The translations under genes and the position numbers were made by a program. From contig OZ024740.1 in assembly GCA_964016885.1 (NCBI GenBank), positions 329,468,001-329,532,000 on the forward strand: 64,000 bases of DNA. The letters are read 5' to 3'. Every line of letters starts with the position of its first letter. Within the stretch, counting starts at the first letter, position 1. The stretch is from Eledone cirrhosa. Its lineage: Eukaryota. The notes below the pieces were generated by a model. The model was not told the origin of the DNA, searched no databases, and worked only from the letters and a program-made list of their open reading frames with translations. This document shows, piece after piece, positions 11,870 to 26,480 of the stretch.

Positions 11870-14800
11870 TTACATACATACAATTATGCATAAATACATA
11901 CATATATACACATAAGTATGCGTGCGTGCGAAAATGTGTCTATGAGAGTAGCCAGCTAGAGATATCTCTAATTCAATTCCTCTGAACTTTTTATGGCGTG
12001 AATATTGTTAGTTAATTTTCCTGCTTGAAGATTTCCTATCACATTTCCCTTAATGTACGTGTGAAAGCACTGAGAAAATGGGCTTCTTCTCGAAACTATA
12101 TTTTTTTTATAAAATAACATTTTCAAGAAGAATTCTTGCATATAATGCAGCATCCTATTCTTTTGTAAAAGTTGCAGCAAACTCGAAAAAAAAAAAATCT
12201 CATATCTTTTAATGAAACAGTGCTGGAGATTACCAGTTTTAAATTAGCTGTCATTTTTTCATATGCCGTTGGCACTCTTTTTCAGTAAAATATCATTTAT
12301 TTTCCTTGGATTTGTGAACATTTTAATTTAATTATTTATTTTTACTTTTCACATTTTAAGAATATTTGAACAAAATTCCAAGTTGGATTTATTTGCTCAA
12401 CATATCCGTTGGAATGGATTTTCAATTCAAATTGAAAAAAAAAAAAGTATAAAAATAATAAAAATCTCTACGTGAAATATTTCAAGGTGACAATTTTCCC
12501 AGAATTTAGCTTTTCAAACGAAATGTTCTGGCGTGAAACAAAAATGTTTGAAATTACTATACGTAACGATTTACTTAGGTATCTATTTCCAGGTTAATTA
12601 GTCTCTGAATTATTGGCAAACGTGGCTTTCTGGTGTAAATTTCGTTGATGTTCAACTAAATGAATCCTATAACACTATACAGGAAAACAATTAATTCTAT
12701 AAATTATTCGAGGACATGCTCAAAAATTAATATATTTACGGAGTGTAAACTAAGAAATGTTTCTTTCAATACGACGCAATATGTATTTAATAGTAATACG
12801 ATTTTCAATCAAAGTCACAATACTCACCCTTTAGGGAAAGGAATAATAGATAATTTGACGCCAAGTTACATATGCATATTTTTTTTTGTAAATGAGAATG
12901 TAAAGATGCGTCACTACCAGATTAACTTGATCGATATTATCGATTCAGAAAAGCCAACATAATTCAATATTTACGAATATAAAAATATAATATCGTAGGG
13001 TACTCAATAATTTGTCAAAAGCTAGAGCACAACGCGAATTAGCATTTACACGGACGTGAATGACAATTGCAAATTTGGCTCTTTCTAGCTGGGGAGAAGA
13101 TTCTGGTCAAATTTAAAACGCACTAGCACTTAATTATTTTCTCAGAATATAGATGAATATATTTTACAAGTGAAATTCGCAGATTTCCAACTCAGCTCGA
13201 CAAGAACATATAATCAACGTAAGATTTAGTACGACATGTCCCCGATTCTTCCATCCGTATTGCATACACAATATTTATACGAGAAATGGATCGAAACTAA
13301 ATTGGATTATCACATGTCAATGCCTTCGAAGGAGAATCAAAATCAATTATCATCTTTACACTTTTAGCAAAGTTAGCTATGGAAGAAAATTAAAACTATA
13401 GGTGACATCTTTAACGTTACAAAAGAATGTTATGGTTTTCTACTTACTCAGGCGTCAAAATATTACACAAAATATAAAAGAAACGATAAATTTGCATGGA
13501 TCGTGATAGTCGTACGTAACATAAATTCTGATCAGTATCCCTTACATTTAGACGTTAGACACTCCATGTATGGGCTCACAAATCTGGCAGTTGTGTCATG
13601 GTAAATCCCAGGTGCACGCTTCGCAGTTAATCAAACATATTCACTTAAGAGACGGAGGAATATATGTTTTTTAATGTGCCTCTTGCAATCTATAAATACT
13701 CGATCGGACAGAAAGCCACAATGGTTATGAATGTGATGTACTGAGGTTAAACCACCAACTGTATAACTATTTAGGATTTTCAACCACATACAAGATAGCA
13801 ACATCAGCTGGGTAGCGTATTATGTTTTATTTGTATTCAGCATTGGTTGCAAATGTATATGGGTTTAAATGAATATTTATATTTATAATCTAATCTAGTT
13901 AAAAGACGAATTAATATAAACCGAAATATGAAATAAAAATTCCGAGACTAATATCTGTGTTCGAACATTACACACATGAGAGAGTATATGAGGATAATAT
14001 ACTACACAAAAATAAATACGAAAATTAGAAAACCGTACTACAGTTATATCATATCTACAGGTGAATTATAAACAGATGAAAAACTATATTATATTAGACA
14101 GCACAGTCAGAAAATACAATATTATAGCTTTCTAAAATGTGAAAGTGCGCAGCTTAGTGTTTAGTGATTTCGATATGTTCTTTAGCAAGATATTTTATAT
14201 CCCCGTGGTTAAAACCACTCAGCTGGAAACGATGAGCTGTTCTAGTATTTCAAACGCCCGACTCTTGTTATATACTGGGTCACGGTGAATCGCTCGGATA
14301 ACTAGGTTAACAGAACACGTGTTTAAGAATGCTCAGTAATTTTAATTTTACAAGCAGGCTGTTACATTGATCACACAATTGTAACATACCTCTTCAGAAA
14401 CGATGGAGATACAGCAATAAACGTGAAGTAATTTGAATGCCCTGGGTATAGAATTACTTACACAGAAAACATATGTTTTTTGGCGAGGAAACAATGCAAA
14501 ACCTAAAAAAAACAACTACAGAAAATTTGATATGAAACCAGAATTCTATTCAATAGAGGATCGAGATAATAGCAATTCGATAATCTGTATCCTTCAACAC
14601 GCTCCTATACTTGATACAGTAGCAACATCTTATATGAATTTAAAAAAGTTACAAAGCTTATGCACTGACGAAACCAAATGTCATATATTAGCACCTTAAT
14701 GTCAATATGTAGTAAACACTAATCTCGACAGTATGGTACGTTGGAGAACAGATTCTAAACACATAACATACATCCTCTACATGAATGTAGAGGATGAAGA

Positions 14801-14990
14801 CCAAATATATTGTAAAAATAAAGTTGGTAAAACAAATACAAAAAGGTAAAATCACACATCATTCAAAGAAGTGAAATAACAACGTAATACGATCTGGTAG
14901 AGTGATAGATATCGACATCACTGTTTAACGGAAAATATTTAAACAGGCAAGCTCTGTGAATATACGTATTGTAATCATCCCAAATCAAAG

Positions 14991-15440
14991 TACGGGGGTC
15001 AGCTGAAAGGTTCACAGGCTGACAAAGATTATCATGGAATGGGACCCGATGAGGTTTATTTTCCAACACAGACCATTGCTGTTGTAGTTCTTGGATCCCA
15101 TTGGTGAAGAAGCTTTCATACTATTGGTAAAAAAAATTATCAAGAGCAAATATGACGTCCTCATCAGGGCCAAATTCGTTACCAGCCAAGTGCTTTTTTC
15201 ATATTGAGGAACAAATGATAGTCAGATGTCAAGAAAAAAGACGAATAAGGAAGGTGATCAACAAGTTCAAAGACACGATGTTTAAAGTGATCAACAAGTT
15301 TAAAGCACAACAGCCATTGAAGCCAAACAATTTTATAGTGGAACACTGTCCAGATGAAACGAAACCCCGTTCATTAGTCTTCCTGGACATTTGATCTTGA
15401 TAACCTTTCGTAACTGGCGTGATCCTTTTGCATCCTAGAA
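14991..15440 (-). mobile_element. Mariner (Tc1/mariner) transposon relic, 3' part with TIR
   Basis: Minus-strand translation gives FELVDHLPYS..SDYHLFLNMKK.LAGNEFGPDEDV...FFTNGIQELQQQW (YSPDLAPSDYHLF region); TIR-like tacgggggtcagctgaaaggttc at 14991. Confidence 0.8.
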
Positions 15441-15542
15441 AACTGAGACCAAGGAGTACACCCTGAGTTGGATGCCCTCATTGAGTTCAGCTGGGATTGT
15501 TTGGTGATCCTGCCGGATCAATTGCAGACGGTTGCTTCTGAC

Positions 15543-15647
15543 AAGAAGAAGAAGAAGAAGAAGAAGAAGAAGAAGAAGAAGAAGAAGAAGAAGAAGAAGA
15601 AGAAGAAGAAGAAGAAGAAGAAGAAGAAGAAGAAGAAGAAGAAGAAA
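15543..15647. repeat. (GAA)n microsatellite (another at 9279-9385)
   Basis: Direct reading. Confidence 0.95.
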
Positions 15648-15931
15648 TGAAAGAAAGATAGAAAGAAAGAGTGTATAAAATAGGATATTTGATCAGAAAA
15701 CAGTAGGGATAGTATATAGGATGAAGATGATGATGATGGTGATAAAAAGAGTGGCGATCTGTTAAACAAATAGCAGTTAACGAAATAGTAATATTAACAA
15801 AGTCGTAAAAGTGGTAGATAATGGGAAATTGTACAAATCAATGATTTGGTGATGTAAGTGGTATTTGCAGAAGCGAAAACCAATGCAAACCAAACAGTGA
15901 GGGTGTTTTATTATTATTTCTGGCAATATTA

Positions 15932-16121
15932 GGGCGGTGAATTGGCAGTATCGGTAGAGGGTCGGACATGCTTTCCAGCATAGTTACGTCCCTTTATGAT
16001 CTGATTTCAAATCCCGCCGAGGTTAACTTTGCCTTTCATCCTTATGGGGTCGATAAAATAAAGTACCAGTAATGTACTGAGTATTTGCTGACCTTGTGCC
16101 AAAAAGTAGAAACAATAATTA
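15932..16121 (+). mobile_element. tRNA-derived SINE (octopus-type) with 12-bp TSD
   Basis: A-box tggcagtatcggtag, B-box-like gatttcaaatccc, core gcctttcatcctt..ggggtcgataaa; TSD ctggcaatatta at 15920-15931 and 16122-16133. Confidence 0.88.
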
Positions 16122-16234
16122 CTGGCAATATTAAAACAATATGACCGTCCTCCAAATTGAAATGCAGGGACGACATCTTGAGTATTTGTGAGTGTAATAC
16201 TTTGTAAAATCAGTATTTTCCGGCGACCACCCTG

Positions 16235-16273
<39 letters not shown>

Positions 16274-16274
16274 A

Positions 16275-16371
<97 letters not shown>

Positions 16372-16373
<2 letters not shown>

Positions 16374-18200
16374 TTCGTTTCTGAATTTGTTTAGCAAGAT
16401 TCTTTATCTGAAAACGTGTGTTGAAACCGATATTGTTATATTGTTATACTTTGGGAGGGTCATGTTGCCAATAAGAAACACACGCACCAGTTGTTTTCAC
16501 TTCAATTTATTATAAATTAAATTCATAAATTTAGGAATTTATAAATTTCCGGTTGGTTGGTTGGTTTCACAACCAGACGATTGTTCATATATTGTCAAAG
16601 TTCTTTCGTCACACATTGCGTGACCTCTTCAGTGACTGGGGATTCTTTTCTTTGTTTTAGTACATGTCCTTTGTTCTGTCCTACGCCATATTCTTTTTGT
16701 GTGTGTTGTGTGCTTAGTTTGCGCATGTGTTACATCCGGGTGTCCGTGTGTTTTTATATTTGTTTATTTATTTGTTTATTTACAGGTTACTTGTTGGTTG
16801 TTTGTTCTATGTGAGTGTGTGTTTTCATATTGTCCTTAATTGTAAGTTGTGATGTTGCTATTCCATTCATGCTTTCTATTTAATTTTGGTTGGAGTTCAT
16901 TTATGTTTATTGCCTCTGTGATTTGTCTAAAAATTGCGTCGTTTCTGTGTGGAGATTCTATTTTTATTTCTATGTTCTTTAATTTACCCTTAAGTTCTAT
17001 TTTAGCATGTTGGTAGAGTACAGATGATTCTTTACTATCTTGAAGCTCTCGCCAGTGTTCATTTCTCCGTTCTCGTATACTACGAGCTGTCTCACCTATG
17101 TACACTATATTATTATCTCTACATTGTCCTTCAGTACATCTTATGCTATATACTACATTTCTAGTTTTACAGTTAATATGGGGGCTTAGTTTACAGATTA
17201 TACACATTTCTTATCTATACAGGGAGGTCTTTGAAAAAAGTAGGTATTGCTAATAAGTGTTTTTATGGAGGTACCTGGTCTTTCTACTATCTTAATATTG
17301 AGTTTATGTTTATCTAGGGCTCTTCTGAATTTGTAAGCTAATTCACCTCTATGGGTTGTATTGATGAACATGATACTCTGGTATTTATTGCTATCATACC
17401 ATGAATTTATTCTATTAACCTTATTCCTAGTTCTTTCTATTCTATTCCAAAATTTGCTCCTATACAAGTGGCAGGTCCCATTTGTATTATTCTTTACCAT
17501 TTTTTCCCATTTGATTCTGGCTCCTCTATATACTCTGATCGAATCTCTCTGGGTGTAACCAGAGAACTGCATACGGTGGATGAAGTGTTGTATGTGTCTC
17601 TCTAGTTATTTGGGGTTGCACATGCGGGACACGTTTCTCATCACCCGTACCAAATCCGAAATCAGTATGTTGATTTTGGTGTGGTCCGAAACAGCTGAGT
17701 TTCGGTGGATCAGATAATTGGAGGTCATGGGTTTGGCATAATGGGAATGGAGAATTTGTTTTTTGTTATTGATAGTGTCTAACCAGAGCTCTGTGTCTAG
17801 TACAGGTAATGGATGGTTGGGGTGTTTGGTTGGGTAGTCTATAGTAATTCTAATACTCTGGTGGATGGAGTTAGCTATTTGCTGGATGCTTTCCATGGTG
17901 TATTTTCTAATTCTTGACTGTTCTATAGTGGGGTGTTTTTACTACGATGTTTATATCATCAACGTAGCGGGTTAAGAGGTTGCTGTCTTCTAATTGTTCT
18001 TTAAGTTTAAGTTTAAGTCTATTGTCCCATCATACCATGAATAGGTTAGTTCATCATGGCTTTCGGGGGTCCGTATGGCTCTGGTCCACCCGTTCATCTA
18101 TCTCTGTGGGTTTTTTGGGGCATTGAGGTAATGGTAGTTGGTCTGCTTCTTGCAGGTCTTGTAGGGCACAGGTTGCTAAGGTCATATGTATCTAGACATT
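16372..18200 (-). mobile_element. Decayed PLE of a non-Naiad clade (RT C-terminus + Cys linker + GIY-YIG)
   Basis: RYVDD near 17955-17970, LPVLDTELW, YAKPMTS..IHRNSA, MQFSGY, PC-x4-C-x2-C...NVVYSIRC...YIGETARSIRER..EH, RQITEAINI...LNRK.EW; ends in (TA)n. Confidence 0.88.
16594..16636 (-). ncRNA. Minimal type I hammerhead ribozyme in PLE 3' UTR
   Basis: gtca-CTGAAGA-g-gtcac-gcaatgt-gtgac-GAAA-GAAC-TT-tgac. Confidence 0.82.
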
Positions 18201-19105
18201 TGTGAGCATAAGTAAGTTTAAATTAGAATCACAGCTCACTGGTATCAATCCCACGGAATTCAACATTGCTCTCACAGATCATTAAACGACAACCATCTAT
18301 TCGCGATCGACAGCTATAGAATATTTACCCAGCATTTCAATAGCACGTGGAAATCGATTAAATATATCGTTAACCATAGACAATTATGTATAACATTAAA
18401 GTTAGAAGAAAAAATGTATATAAACATACCCAGATTACGTTTCTACGCCATGGGGTTTCATTCGCTTTTGAAAATATCCGATCAAGGATAAATTCACGAG
18501 CTTCGAAATCATCATGAAACAAACTCATTTGGACGAAGATTTTTCTTAAATGATCCCCGCCAGAAACAAATTCAAAATGGCAAAGAACTGTGACGTGGCA
18601 GTGGTCAAGTCAGAAAGAATGTGATTGGTGCCTTACTGTGAGTGGGCTTGTTGCTAGAAAGCGCAGCCTAATATTGCCTAAATTGCATCTCAACCTTATG
18701 GGAGATTATCAAATATAAAGATTTACAAATACACAAACTAAACACTGTCATATATATATATATATATATACATGTTTTTGGCAACCATTCACGATGTGTC
18801 TCAATGATGAATTAATTAAATAATCAGAGAAATATACAATAAAGTATGTCTATAGAACGAGTTGATAAGATATATACACCATCTCCTCACCCAATCAGCA
18901 TAATCAACCACACAAAAAAACAATTAAACCAGGCTATAAGATTAACAGGCACCTATGAAGAAATAATAGATAAATAAACAACAGCCATCTATTAGCGATC
19001 AACAGCTATAGAATATTTACCCACCATTTCAATAGCACGGGGAAATCAATTAAATATATCGTCAACCATACACAATTAGGTATAAAATTACAGTTAGAAG
19101 AAAAA

Positions 19106-19208
<103 letters not shown>

Positions 19209-19314
19209 AGTATATATGTATATATATATATAAGTATGTATACGTACATACATATATGTATACAGACGTACATTAGTATGTATATATATACAATATATGC
19301 ACACACACATATAT

Positions 19315-19364
<50 letters not shown>

Positions 19365-19560
19365 GATTTACCGATCATTTGTTATAATGACCCGTTTGTT
19401 TGTAAACAAACATCCCGAATTAAGCCGTACATTGTTTAGCAACCATCGTTGCCCTTTTGATCAACACTGTTCACCATATATGTATGTACGTATACATACT
19501 TATATTTAAGTAACATCCGTACTAAGAGTGAGAAATGAAATTTTGTTTCAATTTTCTTCC

Positions 19561-19611
<51 letters not shown>

Positions 19612-19739
19612 AAGTTATATTTAAAATTGTTGGGTTACAACTAGTAAATATTTATAACTGATATAAAAGCACTCGACAAATATTTGGAGTATATTTACAA
19701 TATTAAATAAATGGAAAACTATATTTATAAAACCATATC

Positions 19740-19805
19740 TATTTCATTATATATATTTCGGGGATATCATATTAACAATATGCTATGCCTTCATCAGACA
19801 AAATA
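19740..19805 (-). ncRNA. Type I hammerhead ribozyme
   Basis: tattttgt-CTGATGA-agg..catatt-gtt-aatatg..cc-GAAA-TATATA-TA-atgaaata; 8-bp stem I with G-U pairs, AUA triplet. Confidence 0.72.
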
Positions 19806-20160
19806 CAATATAAACAGTTTTATAGATAAATATATTCGACATACCGTAATAAACATCAACTTCATTTGAAGAGGTTTACGCTAGCAGTGAAAATACAGAG
19901 AGAAAGAAAGAGAGAAAGAAAAGAGGGAAAAACGAAAGAAAGAAAGACAAAACGAAGAAAAGGAAGAAAAAGAAGAAAAAGAAAAAAATGCATGGAACAA
20001 AATAGAGAGATGGAAAAATAGATAAAGTGAAGAGCTTCATGTAAAGAGACAGAAAGATATATATATAGAGAGAGAGAGAGGAAATAGAGATAGATACATA
20101 TATATATATAGAAAATTAGGTAGTGGGAGGTCAATTTGAGTAAGTGTATCAATGATACAT

Positions 20161-20191
<31 letters not shown>

Positions 20192-20764
20192 GCTCAAGTA
20201 TTAATGTAAGGGAGATATATAGAGAGATATAGAGAGATATATAGAGAGAAAAAAATTTAAAAATATCCAGACATATTCGAGGCGTAGAAAACCCTATGTT
20301 TTAATGTATTAGTATTTATAAAACTTACACTACACTGTAAATATCAGTATTCCTGAATGAAACAAGTATTCACAATGTGTGAAAATTCATTATCTTATGT
20401 TTAGTTTTAAAAATTCATATGTCTATGTGACAGCTACAAATCTCAATGTGAATCCAACTGATTCACTCCGCAAACTCTAAGTTATCGGAAAACATTCTCA
20501 ATGTGGTATAAAAATTTGAGCGTATTATTATTCTTGCGATTACTCTACAAGATTATCTATCAAGCAGAAATAGAGAGCAGATTTCAATATACTAATCGAA
20601 AATATATATTATATTACAAACAAAGATAACAATAATAATAATAATAAGTAAAAATATATAAAAATATAGAATAGAAAACTAAAAAAATATTACGAAAGAA
20701 TATTACATAATAAAAATATTGCATATTAAAAATACTACGTATTAAAAAATATTACGTATTAAAG

Positions 20765-20840
20765 ATTTACATATAAAAATTTACATATAAAAATATACAT
20801 ATAAAAATTTACATATAAAAATTTACATATAAAAATATAT
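20765..20840. repeat. 14-bp minisatellite (aaaaatttacatat) x~5 in PLE 3' UTR
   Basis: Direct reading. Confidence 0.8.
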
Positions 20841-22124
20841 AAAAATATTAAAAATAAAATAAAAATAAAAATATTATTGAATACTACAATACTAAAAGAA
20901 TAAAAGTAAAAATAAAAATAAAAATAAAATAAAAATGAAAATAAAAATAAACCACAAAAAACAACCCTTCAAAGTTAATTGACAATATATTGCCAAGTTC
21001 ACTACAAGACAAAGCCAAAAATTATCTATCAAATCACATCTAGCAAAGAATATCGTGAAAAGATTATGATGTCCAATAATGTCTACATATGTTCCTATGT
21101 TTAATATAGAAGTGTATCTAGTGTAAGGTTAATTCAAAAAAATTTGGAGCATCGGCTTTTAGGGTAGCTTAATTTTTCATGAGGAATGTTTAGATAAAAA
21201 TAAAAATAAATAAAATAAAATAAACAATAAAAAGAGTAAAACGAGGGAATCAAAGATTTAGGAATCAAAAGATTTATCGGCTAGTTCTCATATAAATATA
21301 AATCAAACTAAATATACTACATTTTAAATTTAAATTTATATTTAAACGTTGAGTTTAATCTATGTTTGCAACAACTGAATAAATTTGTCCGTAGGTTAAG
21401 GGAGTTTTTAGATTTTAGTATAAAGAATATCTCCTCTGCGCAGAGGTCACATGTCTCAGAGGATGAATTAAAAGGAATCCCTCTTGAGACTATATTCCAA
21501 GCCGTCGAATATCTAACGTTATCTAGCTTAAGTTGCCAGAGTACCCCTGATAGTGCCGTTGAAGATTTTTTATTTGGATCTGTGAAAGAATTCTTGTGGT
21601 TATTATAGCGAAGTTTAAATTCCGTCGATGTGGAACCGACGTAGTTAAAAGAATTAGAGTCAGTATTAACATTACAATTGTATACTATATTTTTAACTAA
21701 GCAGTTGTTATTTAACGGACATTTAGATCTATCTCTACAGTTACATTTGTTAACTTGTATATTATTTATGCTATTATCAGTAGGTTTTAAGTTCCTATTA
21801 TTTATTCTATTAATATTTTGTGCTAAATTTTTGGTGGATGAGTAGGTTAATTTAATTGTATGCCTATTGAAGATTGAGTGATACCTATGCGTTCTACGGA
21901 AGCGATTATCAAGAGCTTTGAAAAATAATTTAGCGATGTGGGTTTTAATGTTTAGTGAGAAAGGGGGGGGCAAACCAAATTATGTTCCTAGTTCTATTTC
22001 TTTTTTGTCCTTTGGAATTATTGTAATGCTTTCTATTATAGTTGTTAATGTTGTTGCCGTAATTAAAAAGTTGTTACTTTGTTTAGTTTGTCTATCATTA
22101 TCTATGTATACAATCTTATCAGAT

Positions 22125-22401
22125 TTTCTTTTTTTTCTTCCTTTTCTTCGTTTTGTCTTTCTTTCTTTCGTTTTTCCCTCTTTTCTTTCTCTCTTTCTTT
22201 CTCTCTGTATTTTCACTGCTAGCGTAAACCTCTTCAAATGAAGTTGATGTTTATTACGGTATGTCGAATATACTTATCTATAAAACTGTTTATATTGTAT
22301 GTTGTCTGATGAAGGCATAGCATATTGTTAATATGATATCCCCGAAATATATATAATGAAATAGATATGGTTTTATAAATATAGTTTTCCATTTATTTAA
22401 T

Positions 22402-22407
<6 letters not shown>
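22125..22407 (+). mobile_element. Inverted 3'-end copy of the second Naiad family incl. HHR at 22298-22363
   Basis: Reverse complement of ~19697-19985. Confidence 0.88.
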
Positions 22408-22492
<85 letters not shown>

Positions 22493-22509
22493 GTACATAT
22501 ATATATGTG

Positions 22510-22554
<45 letters not shown>

Positions 22555-22892
22555 ATATATAAGTATATATGTATATATATATAAGTATGTATACGTACAT
22601 ACATATATGTATACAGACGTACATTAGTATGTATATACATACATATATGCACACACATATATATATATATAATATATATATATTTATATATGTATGGATT
22701 TACCGATCATTTATTATAATGCCGCGTTTGTTTGTAAACAAACATCCCGAATTAAGCCGTACAGTGTTAAGCAACCATCGTTGCCCTTTTGATCAACACT
22801 GTTCACCATATATGTATGTAGGTATACATACTTATATTTAAGTAACATCCGTACTAAGAGTGAGAAATGAAATTTCGTTTCAATTTTCTTCC

Positions 22893-23046
<154 letters not shown>

Positions 23047-23323
23047 CAAAACTAAGATAAATCAAAGTGAATTTAATCAAAATCAAAATTGTGGGTGTCA
23101 TGCCAGAAAGGCATGCACCATATCACCCGTAAAATAAGCTTCAAGATTCTAATGAATAGGTCCGAGCTTTTTATAACAACTAGAAATTGATTAACATATA
23201 AATAAACATATGAAACAATCACAGGGGATAATTTTTATGTGTGCTTACACACTTGTAAAAATTATCCTCTGTGATTGTTTCATATGTTTATTCTAGTTGT
23301 TTTATATATATACACACACAACG

Positions 23324-23446
<123 letters not shown>

Positions 23447-23557
23447 TATATGTATGCATATATATATATATGTATGCATATATATATATATATGTATGTA
23501 TTTAGGTTTGTTGGTTCACCACTGCACAGAACTGGTCATTCCGTGGATACATTTCAG

Positions 23558-23612
23558 AATACCTGATGATGTCACGGGATTCATACTGAACCCGGTTATT
23601 GAAATGTTCATA
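23558..23612 (+). ncRNA. Decayed hammerhead motif
   Basis: CTGATGA-tgtca-cggg-a-ttca-tac-tgaa-cccg-gttatt-GAAA-TG-TT; stem I not maintained. Confidence 0.4.
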
Positions 23613-23758
23613 GTATAATAAACCTTTAAAGATTCACAGCAGTCCAGTATCCTGTTATTGTATAATATATATGTATGTAAATGTATATATAAACATATAT
23701 ATATATAATTTTTAAAATGTTCGCCCTACATGGCTGAATACAATAAATGTAATCTGAG

Positions 23759-24212
23759 TTTTTCGAATATTGATAATAACATTCGATTCGTTTGCAATAA
23801 TGCAAACAAGCCTCATGTGTAAAGCCATGTCAGTAGAATGAACCCTTCATTCATCTTCTCTTATTGGCATGTAAACAGAACTGCAGACACTAATGTTTCT
23901 GGGTATCACCCTTCATCAGTACAGCTCATTGTATACCTGCCAGCTGTCAGAGCTAGTGAAAATATATGCTATTTTCTAAAGTATACAGTGACTGATCGGC
24001 CTGACTTGCAAATTAGCAGGCTGATCAGTCAGATGTGCATACAAGCAAATCCAATGATCAGCCAGATTTGCTTATTAAAAGACTGGCCAGTCAGTTTCCT
24101 GTATACGAGCGATAAATGGCCGGCTTTGCCACATTCAAATAATAAAAAAAAAAAAATGAGGCTTGCTTGCATAATTGCGAACGAATCGAATGTTATTATT
24201 AGTATTCGAAAA
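23759..24212. mobile_element. MITE-like or fold-back element with ~57-bp imperfect terminal inverted repeats
   Basis: ttttcgaatattgataataacattcgattcg...aagcctcat (23759-23817) vs atgaggcttg...cgaatcgaatgttattattagtattcgaaaa (24156-24212). Confidence 0.6.
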
Positions 24213-24617
24213 ACATATATATCTAGGAAAATGTATGACCGCGACGGCAGAACTCAAGCCGTTTCAACGGCTGTTTCTGGATTCAGAATATATATATATC
24301 TATATATATATTAAAATAACAGATTAAAGTTTAGGCAAAGAATCGGTGCTTAAACTTTAATCTGTTATTTTAATAAATATTAATACATTTAGTAAATATT
24401 AGCTCTAGGGTTCTTATATATTTCATATACTTTATCGAATCCAAATATAACCTTTTCATTTACCTATCAGATATAGTTATTAACTTATTGAACAACCCTA
24501 TAGTTACTATGCATGTGTGTACGTCCAGTACGCAGTGTTCGTTACCTTATTCTAATTCTAAGTTTTTTTTTCTTTTACCATACTTTTTAAATTTCATGGT
24601 GAACTAAGCAATAGCAA

Positions 24618-26480
24618 ATGAGCAAGATGTCCTCTTCAAGAAAGTGTTGCGTTAATTCTCCAAATGTGTTTTGTTATGTTTGTAGAGAATACACATTACC
24701 TGAACATCGAAAAAACATCACTGATTTCGTTGAAAGAGCATATATGGTATATTTTTGGATCAAGCTGGGAGACCAAGATAAATATTGGGCACCGCATAGT
24801 ATCTGGAAACAATGTACAGAACATTTGTGACAATGGACGAAAGAGATAAGGAAAAGTATGAGGTTTGCCATACCAATTATATGGAGGGAGCCCTATAATC
24901 ATGTGGACGACTGCTATTATTGTAACCTAAATTTGAAGGGTATTAACCGGAAAAATTGACACACACTTGTCTATCCTAATCTTACCTCTGCTATTAGACC
25001 GGGTCAACACAGTGAATAGCTTCTTGTTCCCGTCTTCAATGTCTTGCTTCAGATAACTTTACCTTCAACCAAAGAAGATTCATCACCTGAAGATGACACT
25101 AGAGATCAAGACTTTTTAGTTGAGACATTACCACAGCTATTCTCCCAGGTAGAGCTGAATGATCTAGTTCGTGACTTGAAGCTCCCAAAACATTCTACAG
25201 AACTGTTGGCTTCCTGACTGAAAGAGAACAATCTTCTAGAGAACGGTGTCCGTATAACCTTTTATCGGGGTCGACATGAAGAGTTCCTTTCTTTCTTCAA
25301 AAAAGAAGAAGAGCAGTTTACTGCAGAGATCTCAGTGGGGCTTCTTAATAAACTTGGCATTGAGGATACAAACCAGAGAAATGGCGTGTTTACATAGACA
25401 GCTCTAAGCGTAGTTTAAATGTGTATGGCTCTGTCTCGCTCGGTCACTCAATAACTCTGAAGGAAAAGTATGATGAAATTAAGTTGGTTTTAGAGAAGAT
25501 ACTGTATCATGATCATAAATAGGTCATCTGCGTTGACTTAAAGATGGTGAATTTTCTTATAGGACAGCAATCTGGCTATACCAAATACCCGTGATTTCTT
25601 TGTATGTGGGTCAGTAGAGACCGAGTATGTTAAGAAAGATTGGCCTCCTCGAACAAATATGGCTCCATGTAGAGCTGCCAATATATTGGAAGAACCTTTA
25701 GTTGAACGAGATATAAATCATTTTCCTCCCTTTGCATATCAAACTCGGATTGATCAAGCAATTCGTCAAAGCTCTTGACAACAGTGGGGAGTACTTCAAG
25801 CATATCTGCAGTGTATTTCCAGAGTTGTCAATTGAAAAACTTAAAGCAAGGATTTTTGATGGATCACAGATCCGTAAACTCTTGAAGGAGACACATTTCC
25901 TGAAACCGATGAGCGAAAATGAAGCACCAGCTTGGCTAGCCTTTGCAGAAGTAATACAAAACTTCCTTGGAAAACACAAAAGGGAAAACTATAAAGACCT
26001 TGTTACCGACTTTTTGTTATATTGGCGCGAATACGTGCATCAAAATCATTATCTTTTTAGTTATTTTGATCGTTTTCCTGAAAATCTGTAAGATGTTAGC
26101 GATGAACAAGGCGAACGATTCCATCAGGACATCAAGGAGATCGAAACTCGGTACCAAGGATATTGGGACGCTGCGATGATGGCAGACTATTGGTGGTGTT
26201 TAAAACGAGATACCCCTGTTGCCCAACACATTTCACAGTGCACAAAGAAGGGTAAATTTATTCCTTGAATTTTCTTCCAAACATCTTTGCCAATGTGCAT
26301 TTTCAATTTTTATTTGTACTTTGTTTTGCTTTGTGTTATGCTCGATTTATCGATTCATATTAGAAAACTAGACATGATAGAGGAAAACTGAAGTTATTTT
26401 TCAATTTAGCAGGCAAAACCATTTAAGAGTTCGTTGAAATATTCCAGGCACCAGACAAACATTTTTTTTGTTGCCCACTG
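24618..26480 (+). mobile_element. Chapaev3-like (CMC) DNA transposon relic, pseudogenised transposase
   Basis: CVNSPNVFCYVC, WAPH..C, PIIWREPYNHVDDCYYC, ELNDLVRDL, FIDSSKRSL-like block, DLKMV..LIGQQSGYTKYP, PPLHIKLGL, FDGSQIR, SDEQGERFHQDI, MMADY; many stops; terminus-like ttttttgttgcccactg-taa at 26480. Superfamily assignment is from motif recall. Confidence 0.75.

Larger units (their letters stand above)
19606..22124 (-). mobile_element. 5'-truncated second Naiad family (EN domain ORF 21317-21973 + long 3' UTR)
   Basis: CNCRDRSKCPLNNNC-LVKNIVYNC...YVGSTSTEFKLRYNNH...CDLC..E; 3' UTR contains HHR; ends near (TA)n. Confidence 0.88.
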